From Candidatus Omnitrophota bacterium (GTDB lineage Bacteria; Omnitrophota; Gorgyraeia; Gorgyraeales; Gorgyraeaceae): a stretch of 64,000 bases of DNA. Made by a program: the position numbers and the translations under genes. The stretch is taken from assembly GCA_043822665.1 (NCBI GenBank), contig JBDRBM010000034.1, positions 3,757 to 67,756 on the forward strand. Reading direction: 5' to 3'. The notes beneath the pieces are model-generated. The model had not been told where the DNA came from. It worked only from the letters and a program-made list of their open reading frames with translations, and did no database searches. Of this stretch, positions 38,862 through 46,816 are shown piece by piece (position 1 is the first letter of the stretch; each line of letters starts with the position of its first letter).

Positions 38862-40563
38862 CAGTACACAATATGACTTGTTGTTAAAAAAGCTGATCGA
38901 TAAAAAATTATTGGGACAGCAGGTTATCGATGACGCAAAAGAGGAAGAGAAAAAGACCGGGAGGAATATATTCAAGATACTCGTTGACGAGGGCCATATC
39001 AAGGAGGTTGTGCTTTTGAGTACCGTTGCTGATTGGCTAAGCATGGAGTTCATTGATCTTTCCCGCGAGAGCATAGAAAGGGACGCGATCAATAAAATCT
39101 CCGCGTCTACGGCAAAGTTTTATAACATTGTCCCGATACAGGTAAAAGGCGACGTCGTCGTTGTTGCCGTATGTGACCCCCTTAATATGAAAGTAGTCGA
39201 TGACCTGAGGTTTGTAACGGGACTTAATATCAGGATGGTTATGGCAAAAGAGGATGATATAAAGAAGGCCATAGAGCGTTATTACGGCGAGGAAGAAGAA
39301 TCTCTTGGAGACGTTATTAGTGAGGCTGAAAAGGTTTCGGGCAAGGCCATTATTTCAGCCAAAGAAGATATTGATAAGCTTAAAGAAATAGCGTCGCAGG
39401 CGCCTGTAGTGAAACTTCTGAATATGGTTCTCTTGCGCGCAATAAGGGAAAAGGCGTCTGATATCCACTTCGAACCTTTTGAAAACGATTACAAGATAAG
39501 GTACAGGATAGATGGTATGTGCTATGATGCCGCTCACCCGCCAAAAGATCTCAGCCTTGCCATAAGCTCAAGGATAAAGGTCATGGCCAACCTGGACGTG
39601 GCTGAGAACAGGCTCCCGCAGGATGGACGCATTATGATGGATATTGGAGGCAGAAGCGTGGATCTCCGCGTATCCACGCTTCCGACACTTTACGGTGAAA
39701 GTATAGTAATGAGGGTCCTGGATAAAAATGTGGTAAGCTTGTCCTTGGACCAGCTTGGCATGAGCCACGACGTAAAATCCAAGCTTAGGCAGTTGATTCA
39801 GCGGCCTAACGGCATTATATTAACAACAGGGCCGACAGGGAGCGGCAAGACCACAACGCTCTATTCATGCCTTAGAGAGGTAAATAAAATAGAATACAAG
39901 ATAATAACTGTAGAAGACCCTGTGGAGTATGACATAGAAGGCATTATACAGGTAGCGATAAACACTAAGATAGACCTGACATTTGCCATGACGCTTAGGC
40001 ACATGCTTAGGCAGGACCCTGACATTCTTATGGTCGGAGAGATAAGAGATACTGAGACTGCCGAAATAGCTATTCAGTCAGCCCTTACAGGCCACTTGGT
40101 ATTGAGTACATTGCATACCAATGACGCGCCCAGCGCCGTGACAAGGCTTATTGATATGAGGGTAGAGCCGTTTTTGATAACCTCGACAATAAGGGCAGTA
40201 ATAGCGCAGCGTCTTGTAAGGATGATCTGTGGAAAATGCAAGAAACCTTATGAACCTCAATGTCAAGAGCTTAAAGAGCTCAATATACCTCTGGCAGAGG
40301 CAAAGGCCATTAAATTTTACAAAGGTGAAGGCTGCTCGGAATGCAATGGCTCGGGTTATAAAGGCAGAACAGGATTGTATGAGCTGCTTGTATTTAATGA
40401 AAAAATAAAGGAGCTTATCGCGAAACGGGCGAGCTCTTCGATTATCAGGAACTTGGCAATGGAAAACGGCATGAATACATTGAGAGAAGACGGGGTCAGA
40501 AAGATCAAGGAAGGGGAGACAACCACAGAAGAGGTATTAAGGGAAACAAAAGAATATGTATAA
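38854..40563 (+). CDS. GspE/PilB-family secretion ATPase, copy 2
   Basis: Same architecture as copy 1: GPTGSGKTTTLYS, ITVEDPVEYDI, ILMVGEIRD, GHLVLSTLHTND and CGKC...CSEC. Overlaps copy 1 by 8 nt. Confidence 0.9.
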   Translation: MPNSTQYDLLLKKLIDKKLLGQQVIDDAKEEEKKTGRNIFKILVDEGHIKEVVLLSTVADWLSMEFIDLSRESIERDAINKISASTAKFYNIVPIQVKGDVVVVAVCDPLNMKVVDDLRFVTGLNIRMVMAKEDDIKKAIERYYGEEEESLGDVISEAEKVSGKAIISAKEDIDKLKEIASQAPVVKLLNMVLLRAIREKASDIHFEPFENDYKIRYRIDGMCYDAAHPPKDLSLAISSRIKVMANLDVAENRLPQDGRIMMDIGGRSVDLRVSTLPTLYGESIVMRVLDKNVVSLSLDQLGMSHDVKSKLRQLIQRPNGIILTTGPTGSGKTTTLYSCLREVNKIEYKIITVEDPVEYDIEGIIQVAINTKIDLTFAMTLRHMLRQDPDILMVGEIRDTETAEIAIQSALTGHLVLSTLHTNDAPSAVTRLIDMRVEPFLITSTIRAVIAQRLVRMICGKCKKPYEPQCQELKELNIPLAEAKAIKFYKGEGCSECNGSGYKGRTGLYELLVFNEKIKELIAKRASSSIIRNLAMENGMNTLREDGVRKIKEGETTTEEVLRETKEYV

Positions 40564-40578
40564 CCTATGGGAGGTTAC

Positions 40579-41016
40579 ATGAGGTTACGAAAAGGATTTA
40601 CTCTTATAGAGCTTTTGGTGGTTATAGCGATTATCACAATTTTGGCTGGCATGGTCGTGAGCGGCGCTCAGCAGGCCAGGAAAAGAGGCGCTATTACAAA
40701 GGTAAACGCGCAGATTGCCACAATTGAGACCGCGATAAGCATGTACGAGACAGATATGGGGATTTACCCGGAATCAGGCAATAAAAATCTGGTCAAGGCG
40801 TTCATGGAAGACCCAGGGGACTCTAATTGGAATGGCCCATACATGAAAATAAAAGAAAAAGAACTTAATGAGAATGGAGAATATCTAGACGCGTGGGGCG
40901 GCCCATTTGTATATGTAGACCCGGGAGAACATAATACATATTCGTATGATTTATATTCACCTGGGCCGGATGGAAAAGGCGACGGAAACGGAAAAGATGA
41001 TGTTACTAACTGGTAA
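40579..41016 (+). CDS. gspG: Major pseudopilin, GspG-like
   Basis: Prepilin leader MRLRKG/FTLIELLVVIAII (Gly-1, Phe+1, Glu+5). GspG-like WNGPYM, DAWGGPFVY and SPGPDGKGDGNGKDDVTNW. Confidence 0.85.
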   Translation: MRLRKGFTLIELLVVIAIITILAGMVVSGAQQARKRGAITKVNAQIATIETAISMYETDMGIYPESGNKNLVKAFMEDPGDSNWNGPYMKIKEKELNENGEYLDAWGGPFVYVDPGEHNTYSYDLYSPGPDGKGDGNGKDDVTNW

Positions 41017-41470
41017 ACGCGGTTTTACACTGGTCGAGATGCTTGTGGTGCTGGCGATTATAGGTATGATGCTGGGTATTTCTATCCCCTTTACAACGGG
41101 GTTTGGAAAAGGTCTCAGGATAAAGACCGCTTCAAGGGCTATTTTGGGGACATTACGAGTGGCAAGGAGCAATGCCATTACTTTCAGGGATAAACAGAAC
41201 GTTGTATTCGATGTCCAGGCCGGAGTATACTGGATGGAAGACCAGAACGGGAATATCTTTGAGAAAAAAAGAAAACTCCCCGGTTCGATAAGATTCGCGT
41301 TACCCAAAGACAGTGAAGCTGATCCCGTGACCTTTGAAGGCGATACAGTTATTTTTGGCCCGACTGGCGCGGTGGAAGGCACGAGCGGCTGCATAACAAT
41401 CAGCGACAGGCAGGGCGAGTCAAAGACGATCTCTATTATCAGTTCCACGGGCAAGATTTCCATACAATAA
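40997..41470 (+). CDS. Minor pseudopilin, GspH/FimT-like
   Basis: Leader MMLLTGKRG/FTLVEMLVVLAII, then LRVARSNAI and C-terminal beta-rich ITISDRQGESKTISIISSTGKISI. The start overlaps the gspG end. Confidence 0.72.
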   Translation: MMLLTGKRGFTLVEMLVVLAIIGMMLGISIPFTTGFGKGLRIKTASRAILGTLRVARSNAITFRDKQNVVFDVQAGVYWMEDQNGNIFEKKRKLPGSIRFALPKDSEADPVTFEGDTVIFGPTGAVEGTSGCITISDRQGESKTISIISSTGKISIQ

Positions 41471-41564
41471 AACATGAAACAGAAGATCACGCGCAGGCAA
41501 AAGGATATATCAAGGCTCTTGCGCGAAAAGAAAAAGGCTTACCGCGATAAGCTTAAGACCAAGC

Positions 41565-42389
41565 ATGGTCAGCATAGTTATACCCACCCTTAACCGCCCT
41601 AATCTTTTAAAAAAGGCTATTGAGTCCGTGCTGTCCCAGACGTATCAGGATTTTGAGCTTATAGTTATTGATGACGGCTCTGTGGATGATATTGCTAAGG
41701 CTATATCTGATTTGGGGCGCAATATCGTGTACATCAGGCAGGAGAATAAAGGGCCAGCCGCGGCCCGTAATGCCGGGATAAAAAAATCAACCAGGCCGTT
41801 TATCGCGTTTCTTGATTCAGATGACTGGTGGGATAAAGATAAACTGGCCGTACAGGTAAAGGCCATGCGGGGAAATCCAGATTATCTTGTTTCGCATACT
41901 GACGAGATATGGTATAAAAACGGCAGTTTACTGAACCAAAAAAAGAAACATAAAAAATATCACGGTTATATTTTTGACAAATGTCTTCCGTTGTGTGTGG
42001 TCAGCATGTCTACGGTAATGATCAGGGCAGGGCTTTTTGATAAAACAGGATTATTTGACGAAGGCCTTCCATGCTGTGAGGACTACGACTTTTGGCTGAG
42101 GGTAAGCGCGAAAAACAGGTTTCTTTTTATCGAAAACCCTTTAACCCTTAAAGACGGCGGCAGGCCGGATCAGGTATCCTGTATTTATAAGACAGGGATA
42201 GACAAGTTCAGGATACTCGCAATTGCGAAAACTCTCGACTCAGGAATACTTGACAATAAACAGAAGTATCTCGCCATCCAAGAGCTTCAGAAGAAATGCC
42301 GCATATACGGCAACGGCTGCATCAAACACGGCAGGCCGCAAGAGGGCGAGTATTATTTGGAGCTAGCGCATAGGACAGGGCACCTTTAA
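41565..42389 (+). CDS. Family 2 glycosyltransferase
   Basis: VSIVIPTLNRPNLLKKAIESVLSQTYQDFELIVIDDGS and FLDSDD (DxD). Confidence 0.85.
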   Translation: MVSIVIPTLNRPNLLKKAIESVLSQTYQDFELIVIDDGSVDDIAKAISDLGRNIVYIRQENKGPAAARNAGIKKSTRPFIAFLDSDDWWDKDKLAVQVKAMRGNPDYLVSHTDEIWYKNGSLLNQKKKHKKYHGYIFDKCLPLCVVSMSTVMIRAGLFDKTGLFDEGLPCCEDYDFWLRVSAKNRFLFIENPLTLKDGGRPDQVSCIYKTGIDKFRILAIAKTLDSGILDNKQKYLAIQELQKKCRIYGNGCIKHGRPQEGEYYLELAHRTGHL

Positions 42390-42568
42390 ACGCACCCTGC
42401 TATTATGGATAACTCTTGCTTCTTCAGGCATTATTTTATGCCTAAGTGTCTATGGCGCCTTTCTTTGTCAGTGTAGTACACTGATCCTATCCGGATAATT
42501 AATCTAACATCTCTCATAGAAAAAATCTTTGAAAGAAATTCATGGGTCTTCGTGTCTATATATTGTAG

Positions 42569-42596
42569 AGTAGGGCACCTTTAAAGGTGCCCTACT
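42569..42596. repeat. Perfect 28-nt palindrome of the TAGGG...CCCTA hairpin family
   Basis: AGTAGGGCACCTTTAAAGGTGCCCTACT, upstream of the accessory cluster. Confidence 0.75.
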
Positions 42597-42658
42597 ATGA
42601 TTAATCAAGGACGGCACTTTTGTGACGCCCTGGGGGAAAACAACAAAGGAGGTGTTTT

Positions 42659-44164
42659 GTGAAGCGTATCATTATTTTGTCAATACTTTTTACTTTTTGT
42701 TTTAGCGGGAGAGCCTTTTCTTATGAAGCGTGGAAGCTGGCCTCTGGAATCAAAGAGGCAAAAATAGAAGAGGTTGCCTCAGACCCAGATAAAGAAGGTG
42801 TTGTCTACACAGCAAGTACAAAAAACCTATACAAGACCGAAGATGATGGCAAGACATGGAGAGCGGTATTTTCCGCTAAAGGAGATGGCGACAAAATTAA
42901 CTTTATCAGTATGTTAAAACAGGGTATTTTTGTATGCACGGAAAAAGGCATGTTTAGAAGCATAGATGGTAAATCAGGATGGAAAAAAATATTTAAAGGA
43001 ATAGGGATGGAAGAAAATAGCGCATCACACATTGCTGTTTTTCAGGACGGCACGATGTATCTTGGGACAAAAGGCGGGCTTTTTATAAGCAGGGATGACG
43101 GAACTGAATGGGTAAAAGATATTGGTGAGGCAGGCAACTTAAGGATAAAGTGGATTGCTTTCCAAGAAAAAGATATATTCCTCGCGGCGGAAGACGGGGT
43201 ATATAGAAGCATAGATAAAGGCTGGAAAAGAGTTTTTGTGGTAACCACTGAGGAAGGAGAGTATGATAGCGATTCACAAGATGAGTATACCAGCGCATCT
43301 AAGCCAGTAAATAGCATTTTTATCGATAAAGAAAGGATATTTTTAGCAACAGATGAAGGGGTGTTTTCCAGCGGCGACAAGGGGGTTAGCTGGAAAAGAT
43401 TTTCATCCAACGGGCTTTTATCGCCAAGGATAAAGAGGATTGTTTCGTTGAATAATAAACTTTACGCCGCTACTGATAAAGGGATATTCTTCTTTGACGA
43501 AGCAGATGGGATATGGGACTCCTCTTATAAGGGCATAAGCACTGACAGAATAAATTCATTTTCAATAAGCAATAAAGGTACAATGTGGGTTGCCACAGAT
43601 AAGGGGCTATATTATTCCAAGTCCGGTCACGTTAAACAAGTGGATTTAGAGGTTGAAAACGTGTTAGGGCTTTTTGGTAATGAACCTGGCATAAGGGAAG
43701 TTCAAGAGATTGCCATTAAATATGCCGAGGTCCATCCCGATAAGATTAAAAAATGGAGAGAATCCGCCAGGAAAAAGGCACTTCTTCCAAATGTTTCAGT
43801 GGGGGTCGATAGATATGTAACTGATTACTACCACTGGGATGCGGGTCAAAATCCTGATGTACTAGTAAAAGGTGACGATGTTGTAAGCTGGGATCTAACA
43901 ATGACGTGGGATCTTGGTGAGCTCATCTGGAACGACGATCAGACAAGCATTGATACCCGTTCCCGCTTGATGGTACAGCTCAGGGATGATGTATTAGGTG
44001 AGATTACAAGGACATATTTTGAACGCCGCAGGCTTCAGATAGAAACACATCTTTCCCAGCCCGATAATCAAAGCAAAAGAATAGAGAAAAGGCTCCGGAT
44101 AGATGAGCTTACCGCAGACCTTGACGCAATGACCGGAGGCTATTTTTCTAAAAGTTTGAATTGA
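42659..44164 (+). CDS. Secreted BNR/Asp-box beta-propeller protein with an unassigned C-terminal domain
   Basis: AAAGGAGGTG SD, GTG start, signal peptide MKRIIILSILFTFCFSGRAFS. Repeated Asp-box-like motifs TEDDGKTW, SIDGKSGW, SRDDGTEW and SGDKGVSW. I do not recognise the last ~150 aa (..WDLGELIWNDDQTSIDTRSRLMVQLRDD..). Confidence 0.7.
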   Translation: MKRIIILSILFTFCFSGRAFSYEAWKLASGIKEAKIEEVASDPDKEGVVYTASTKNLYKTEDDGKTWRAVFSAKGDGDKINFISMLKQGIFVCTEKGMFRSIDGKSGWKKIFKGIGMEENSASHIAVFQDGTMYLGTKGGLFISRDDGTEWVKDIGEAGNLRIKWIAFQEKDIFLAAEDGVYRSIDKGWKRVFVVTTEEGEYDSDSQDEYTSASKPVNSIFIDKERIFLATDEGVFSSGDKGVSWKRFSSNGLLSPRIKRIVSLNNKLYAATDKGIFFFDEADGIWDSSYKGISTDRINSFSISNKGTMWVATDKGLYYSKSGHVKQVDLEVENVLGLFGNEPGIREVQEIAIKYAEVHPDKIKKWRESARKKALLPNVSVGVDRYVTDYYHWDAGQNPDVLVKGDDVVSWDLTMTWDLGELIWNDDQTSIDTRSRLMVQLRDDVLGEITRTYFERRRLQIETHLSQPDNQSKRIEKRLRIDELTADLDAMTGGYFSKSLN

Positions 44165-44189
44165 CAATTAAAAAACAATATGGTACTAT
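44161..44189 (+). promoter_or_regulatory. Candidate sigma70 promoter (distal)
   Basis: TTGACA (44161-44166, overlapping the stop of the upstream gene), 17 nt, TACTAT (44184-44189). Confidence 0.45.
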
Positions 44190-44264
44190 ATCTTTGTATA
44201 TAATAAAGGGTTTTTTAGTAATTTATTCAATACCTAACCCTTGTTATATATATAAGATGCGTGT

Positions 44265-44293
44265 TTGACAATAGCAGATTTATGTGGTATAAT
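44265..44293 (+). promoter_or_regulatory. Consensus sigma70 promoter with extended -10
   Basis: TTGACA (44265-44270), exactly 17 nt, TGgTATAAT (-10 at 44288-44293). About 230 nt upstream of ATG 44526. Confidence 0.7.
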
Positions 44294-44445
44294 TATAGTG
44301 TATAAAGAGATATATTATACTTTAAAAAAATACTTTAAAAGGCATTTTAATTATATATTTTTTAAGAGGTTAGGTATATTAGTAAAACCTTTGGCAGGTG
44401 GGGAGGCCGAAGGCATAAATAGCCTGGTGACTTTTAGAAAGTCAA

Positions 44446-44493
44446 AACCTGAATACCTAAGGGTTGTAACTTTACGGTATATCAGGTTTTTTC
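44446..44493 (+). terminator. Terminator-like hairpin inside the long 5' leader (possible attenuator)
   Basis: AACCTGA (44446-44452) pairs with TCAGGTT (44482-44488). Inner pairing is CCTAAG/CTTA(C)GG, followed by TTTTTTCTGTTT. It lies 33 nt before the start codon. Confidence 0.5.
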
Positions 44494-44525
44494 TGTTTAG
44501 TTATATAATGAGGAGATAAAATATC

Positions 44526-45929
44526 ATGAAGAGAAAATGGAGCCAATATTTATATAGTATAATATTTTTTCTAGGCCTAATCTTGGCGGTAATGCCATTA
44601 GATGCTATTGCTGCTTTTACTCTTAGCGTTACTCCTTATGAAGGCGGTTATGATTTAAGATACGGCAAAGTAAGCTCAGTCATTGGATGGGTCAATAAAG
44701 AAGTGAGTGTTTCGATAAATTCCGATCTTCAAAAACGATATCGTCTTGTTCAAACACTGGCAGAACCCCTTACTAATTCTCAAGGCGAAAATATATCAAT
44801 GGATAGTCTGCGCGTTTATGGTCTGCGAGGATCCAGTAAATATGGCACATTGAGCGTAGAAAATGAGGTCCCGGTAAGACTAGGCAGAACTATTATCTAT
44901 ACGTCAAATCAAACAGGTGACTCGGATTCATTTATATTGGTTTATAAGCTCAGCGTTCCCGGAGATCAGCAAGCGGGTTTTTATCGCGGTAGAATTAGCT
45001 ATGTGCTTGAGCCGGTTGATTCTCTGTCAGAGGCTGTAACAGTACAGCTTAATATTTATGTTGATGTGGAAGTCAACGCTAAAATAGAAATAAGCACTTA
45101 CTTGGGCAGAAAGAGCATAGAGCTTAAAGATTCAGGCGATGAAAACGATAGATACAAGGAGGTTTTGGTTAACATCATAGGCAGTTTTGGTGAACAGTTT
45201 CGCATATCACAGGTAGTCAGCGAGCCTCTGGCAGACGCTATGGGGAAAGAGCTTCCATTTGATTCTGTGAAATTCAGGATACAGGGCGCGAAGAAGGGGG
45301 TCCCCGTAGTTAATGATTTTACATCCTTATCTCTTCAGCCAAAGTTGCTCTATAAATCCAGCGCTAAGGGGGAAACAGACAATTTCTTAATAGCCTATAA
45401 ATTAGACGATTTAACTAAAGCAAGATCAGGCATATACACAACGAAGTTAATGTATGTGATGGAAGGGGGTAATTTTCTGAAACAGGAGCTGATCGATGCT
45501 GTGGAGTTAAAAATAGATATCCCGCAAATTTTTGATTTTATTGTCAAGCCCGAGGTCGGCGGTAAAATAGAATTTAGAGATTTAAAGCCTTTAGCGCCAT
45601 CTAAAATAAACGAGGTGTTAATTGAAATCAGGACAAATATAGGCAAGATGTATCAGGTAAGCCAAAATCTGGTTTCAGAACTGACTAGTCCTGAAGGGAA
45701 CGTTATGCAGCATAAGAATTTTACTCTAAGAGAAGAAGGCGGGACATCAGGCGGAATATTGAACTGCGCTGAAAAGACAATGGTTAAAACAGGAGAAACA
45801 GTTTTATTTGTCTCTAATAAGGAAGGGGCCCCTGATAGCTTTAAGGTGATATATGAATTAGGCGTTCCGCTTAATATAATATCAGGAGATTATTCTACAA
45901 GAATTACTTATTCATTAACCGAAATATAA
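44526..45929 (+). CDS. Secreted protein with three tandem ~145-aa fimbrial-subunit-like repeats
   Basis: GAGGAG SD. Signal peptide MKRKWSQYLYSIIFFLGLILAVMPLDAIAA. Three internal repeats each carry ..EV.V.I....G..[YF][RQ][LIV].Q.[LV]...L....G. Each ends in S....G..D.F.[LIV].Y.L......G.Y...[IL].Y.[LM].E (GFYRGRISYVLEP / GIYTTKLMYVMEG / GDYSTRITYSLTEI). Confidence 0.75.
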   Translation: MKRKWSQYLYSIIFFLGLILAVMPLDAIAAFTLSVTPYEGGYDLRYGKVSSVIGWVNKEVSVSINSDLQKRYRLVQTLAEPLTNSQGENISMDSLRVYGLRGSSKYGTLSVENEVPVRLGRTIIYTSNQTGDSDSFILVYKLSVPGDQQAGFYRGRISYVLEPVDSLSEAVTVQLNIYVDVEVNAKIEISTYLGRKSIELKDSGDENDRYKEVLVNIIGSFGEQFRISQVVSEPLADAMGKELPFDSVKFRIQGAKKGVPVVNDFTSLSLQPKLLYKSSAKGETDNFLIAYKLDDLTKARSGIYTTKLMYVMEGGNFLKQELIDAVELKIDIPQIFDFIVKPEVGGKIEFRDLKPLAPSKINEVLIEIRTNIGKMYQVSQNLVSELTSPEGNVMQHKNFTLREEGGTSGGILNCAEKTMVKTGETVLFVSNKEGAPDSFKVIYELGVPLNIISGDYSTRITYSLTEI

Positions 45930-46018
45930 AGAAAGGAGGGTATACGTAATGTCAAAAATTACACAGAGTTCGAGGGATTTATTTTTAAGTAAAATCAACG
46001 GAAAAGGAGGTGAGAAAG

Positions 46019-46708
46019 ATGAAAAGGTCAATTATTTTTTTAATGATTTTCAGCTTGGCAGTAGTTATGTGTTGCATGAATTTGCAAGCCGCGCCTAGCG
46101 CCAGCAAAAACATCACTGTGAATGCTGTAGTGCCAAATTTGTCAGTTGAGATAGATATTACCATACTTAAATTCACGGATGGTAACGATGATAAAGATCC
46201 TTGGTCAAATTCAACAGAGGTGACAAGCATGAGCTTTGGCGCGCTTACGAATAGATTGGCTGATGGCAAAGGCGCTGGACTATGGTATGCTGAAGCTGGT
46301 TTTTGCGTGAATGTTTATGCGCAAGGTTATGGGCATAAGTATGAGGTAAAAAGCACTTGCACCGGCCTTGCCAGCGGTTCCAACAGATTGCCGGATAATA
46401 GTTTTGGCCTTACGCCAGTTTATTCTGCGGATGATTTGTGGGATATTACAGATCCGACCAGCAGACAAGGTGATATGCCCACAGCCACAGGCGCTCAATT
46501 AGGCTCAAGTGGTTCCGCAGTTGCTACAGACATGCTTATTTACAGGAGCGATAATCCGTCAACAGCAAGGATCATCCAGGCTTATTACGGGCTTCCTCCT
46601 TACGAAATTGGCGGAGCAGACCCGTTTCCTGATTTTGAGCGTATTCCATTGAGTCAGGCATCAGGGACATATACGGGAACAGTGACAATAACTATTGTTG
46701 CTATATAA
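46019..46708 (+). CDS. Secreted single-domain putative fibre subunit
   Basis: AAGGAGG SD. Signal peptide MKRSIIFLMIFSLAVVMCCMNLQAA. N-terminal ITVNAVVPNLSVEIDI...MSFGAL and C-terminal SGTYTGTVTITIVAI resemble the first and last strands of chaperone-usher/SCPU/DUF4402-type subunits. Confidence 0.7.
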   Translation: MKRSIIFLMIFSLAVVMCCMNLQAAPSASKNITVNAVVPNLSVEIDITILKFTDGNDDKDPWSNSTEVTSMSFGALTNRLADGKGAGLWYAEAGFCVNVYAQGYGHKYEVKSTCTGLASGSNRLPDNSFGLTPVYSADDLWDITDPTSRQGDMPTATGAQLGSSGSAVATDMLIYRSDNPSTARIIQAYYGLPPYEIGGADPFPDFERIPLSQASGTYTGTVTITIVAI

Positions 46709-46816
46709 GATATTTAGCGTCAAAGCTATGTAGTAAGAGTTTTATCAAACATTACATTGGTTGGCGATTATCTATTTTTTTGTTTACTCGTACTAAGTGA
46801 GAAATGAAGGTGCAAA

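Noticed and set aside
37200-41470. Calling this a complete type II secretion or type IV pilus operon
   Set aside because: Only ATPases and two pseudopilins are present. No platform protein, secretin, assembly proteins or prepilin peptidase are visible in the window, so only the component calls are made.
40957-41490. 177-aa minus-strand ORF
   Set aside because: It is antisense to the GspH-like pseudopilin gene, which has a canonical prepilin leader. The ORF has no SD or motifs.
41474-41593. 39-codon Lys/Arg-rich ORF (MKQKITRRQKDISRLLREKKKAYRDKLKTKHGQHSYTHP) before the glycosyltransferase
   Set aside because: It has no convincing SD, overlaps the GT2 start in another frame and is too short to support without conservation data.
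44265-44519. 84-aa + strand ORF in the AT-rich spacer
   Set aside because: It begins on the TTG of the -35 hexamer TTGACA and has no SD. The product is Ile/Lys/Tyr/Phe-rich, as expected from AT-rich non-coding DNA. The region is better explained as promoter plus leader.
44294-44525. A second c-di-GMP riboswitch in the long leader of the fibre operon
   Set aside because: I could not find the GCAAAGC core, the GNRA hairpin/receptor pair (class I) or the ACGCAC/CAACC elements (class II). It is reported only as an unclassified structured leader.
45949-46098. 49-codon ORF with a strong AAAGGAGGG SD between the two subunit-like genes
   Set aside because: It overlaps the signal-peptide region of the next gene in another frame. 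That gene has its own AAGGAGG SD and a textbook signal peptide, while the small product has no features. It is kept only as a possible upstream or leader ORF.
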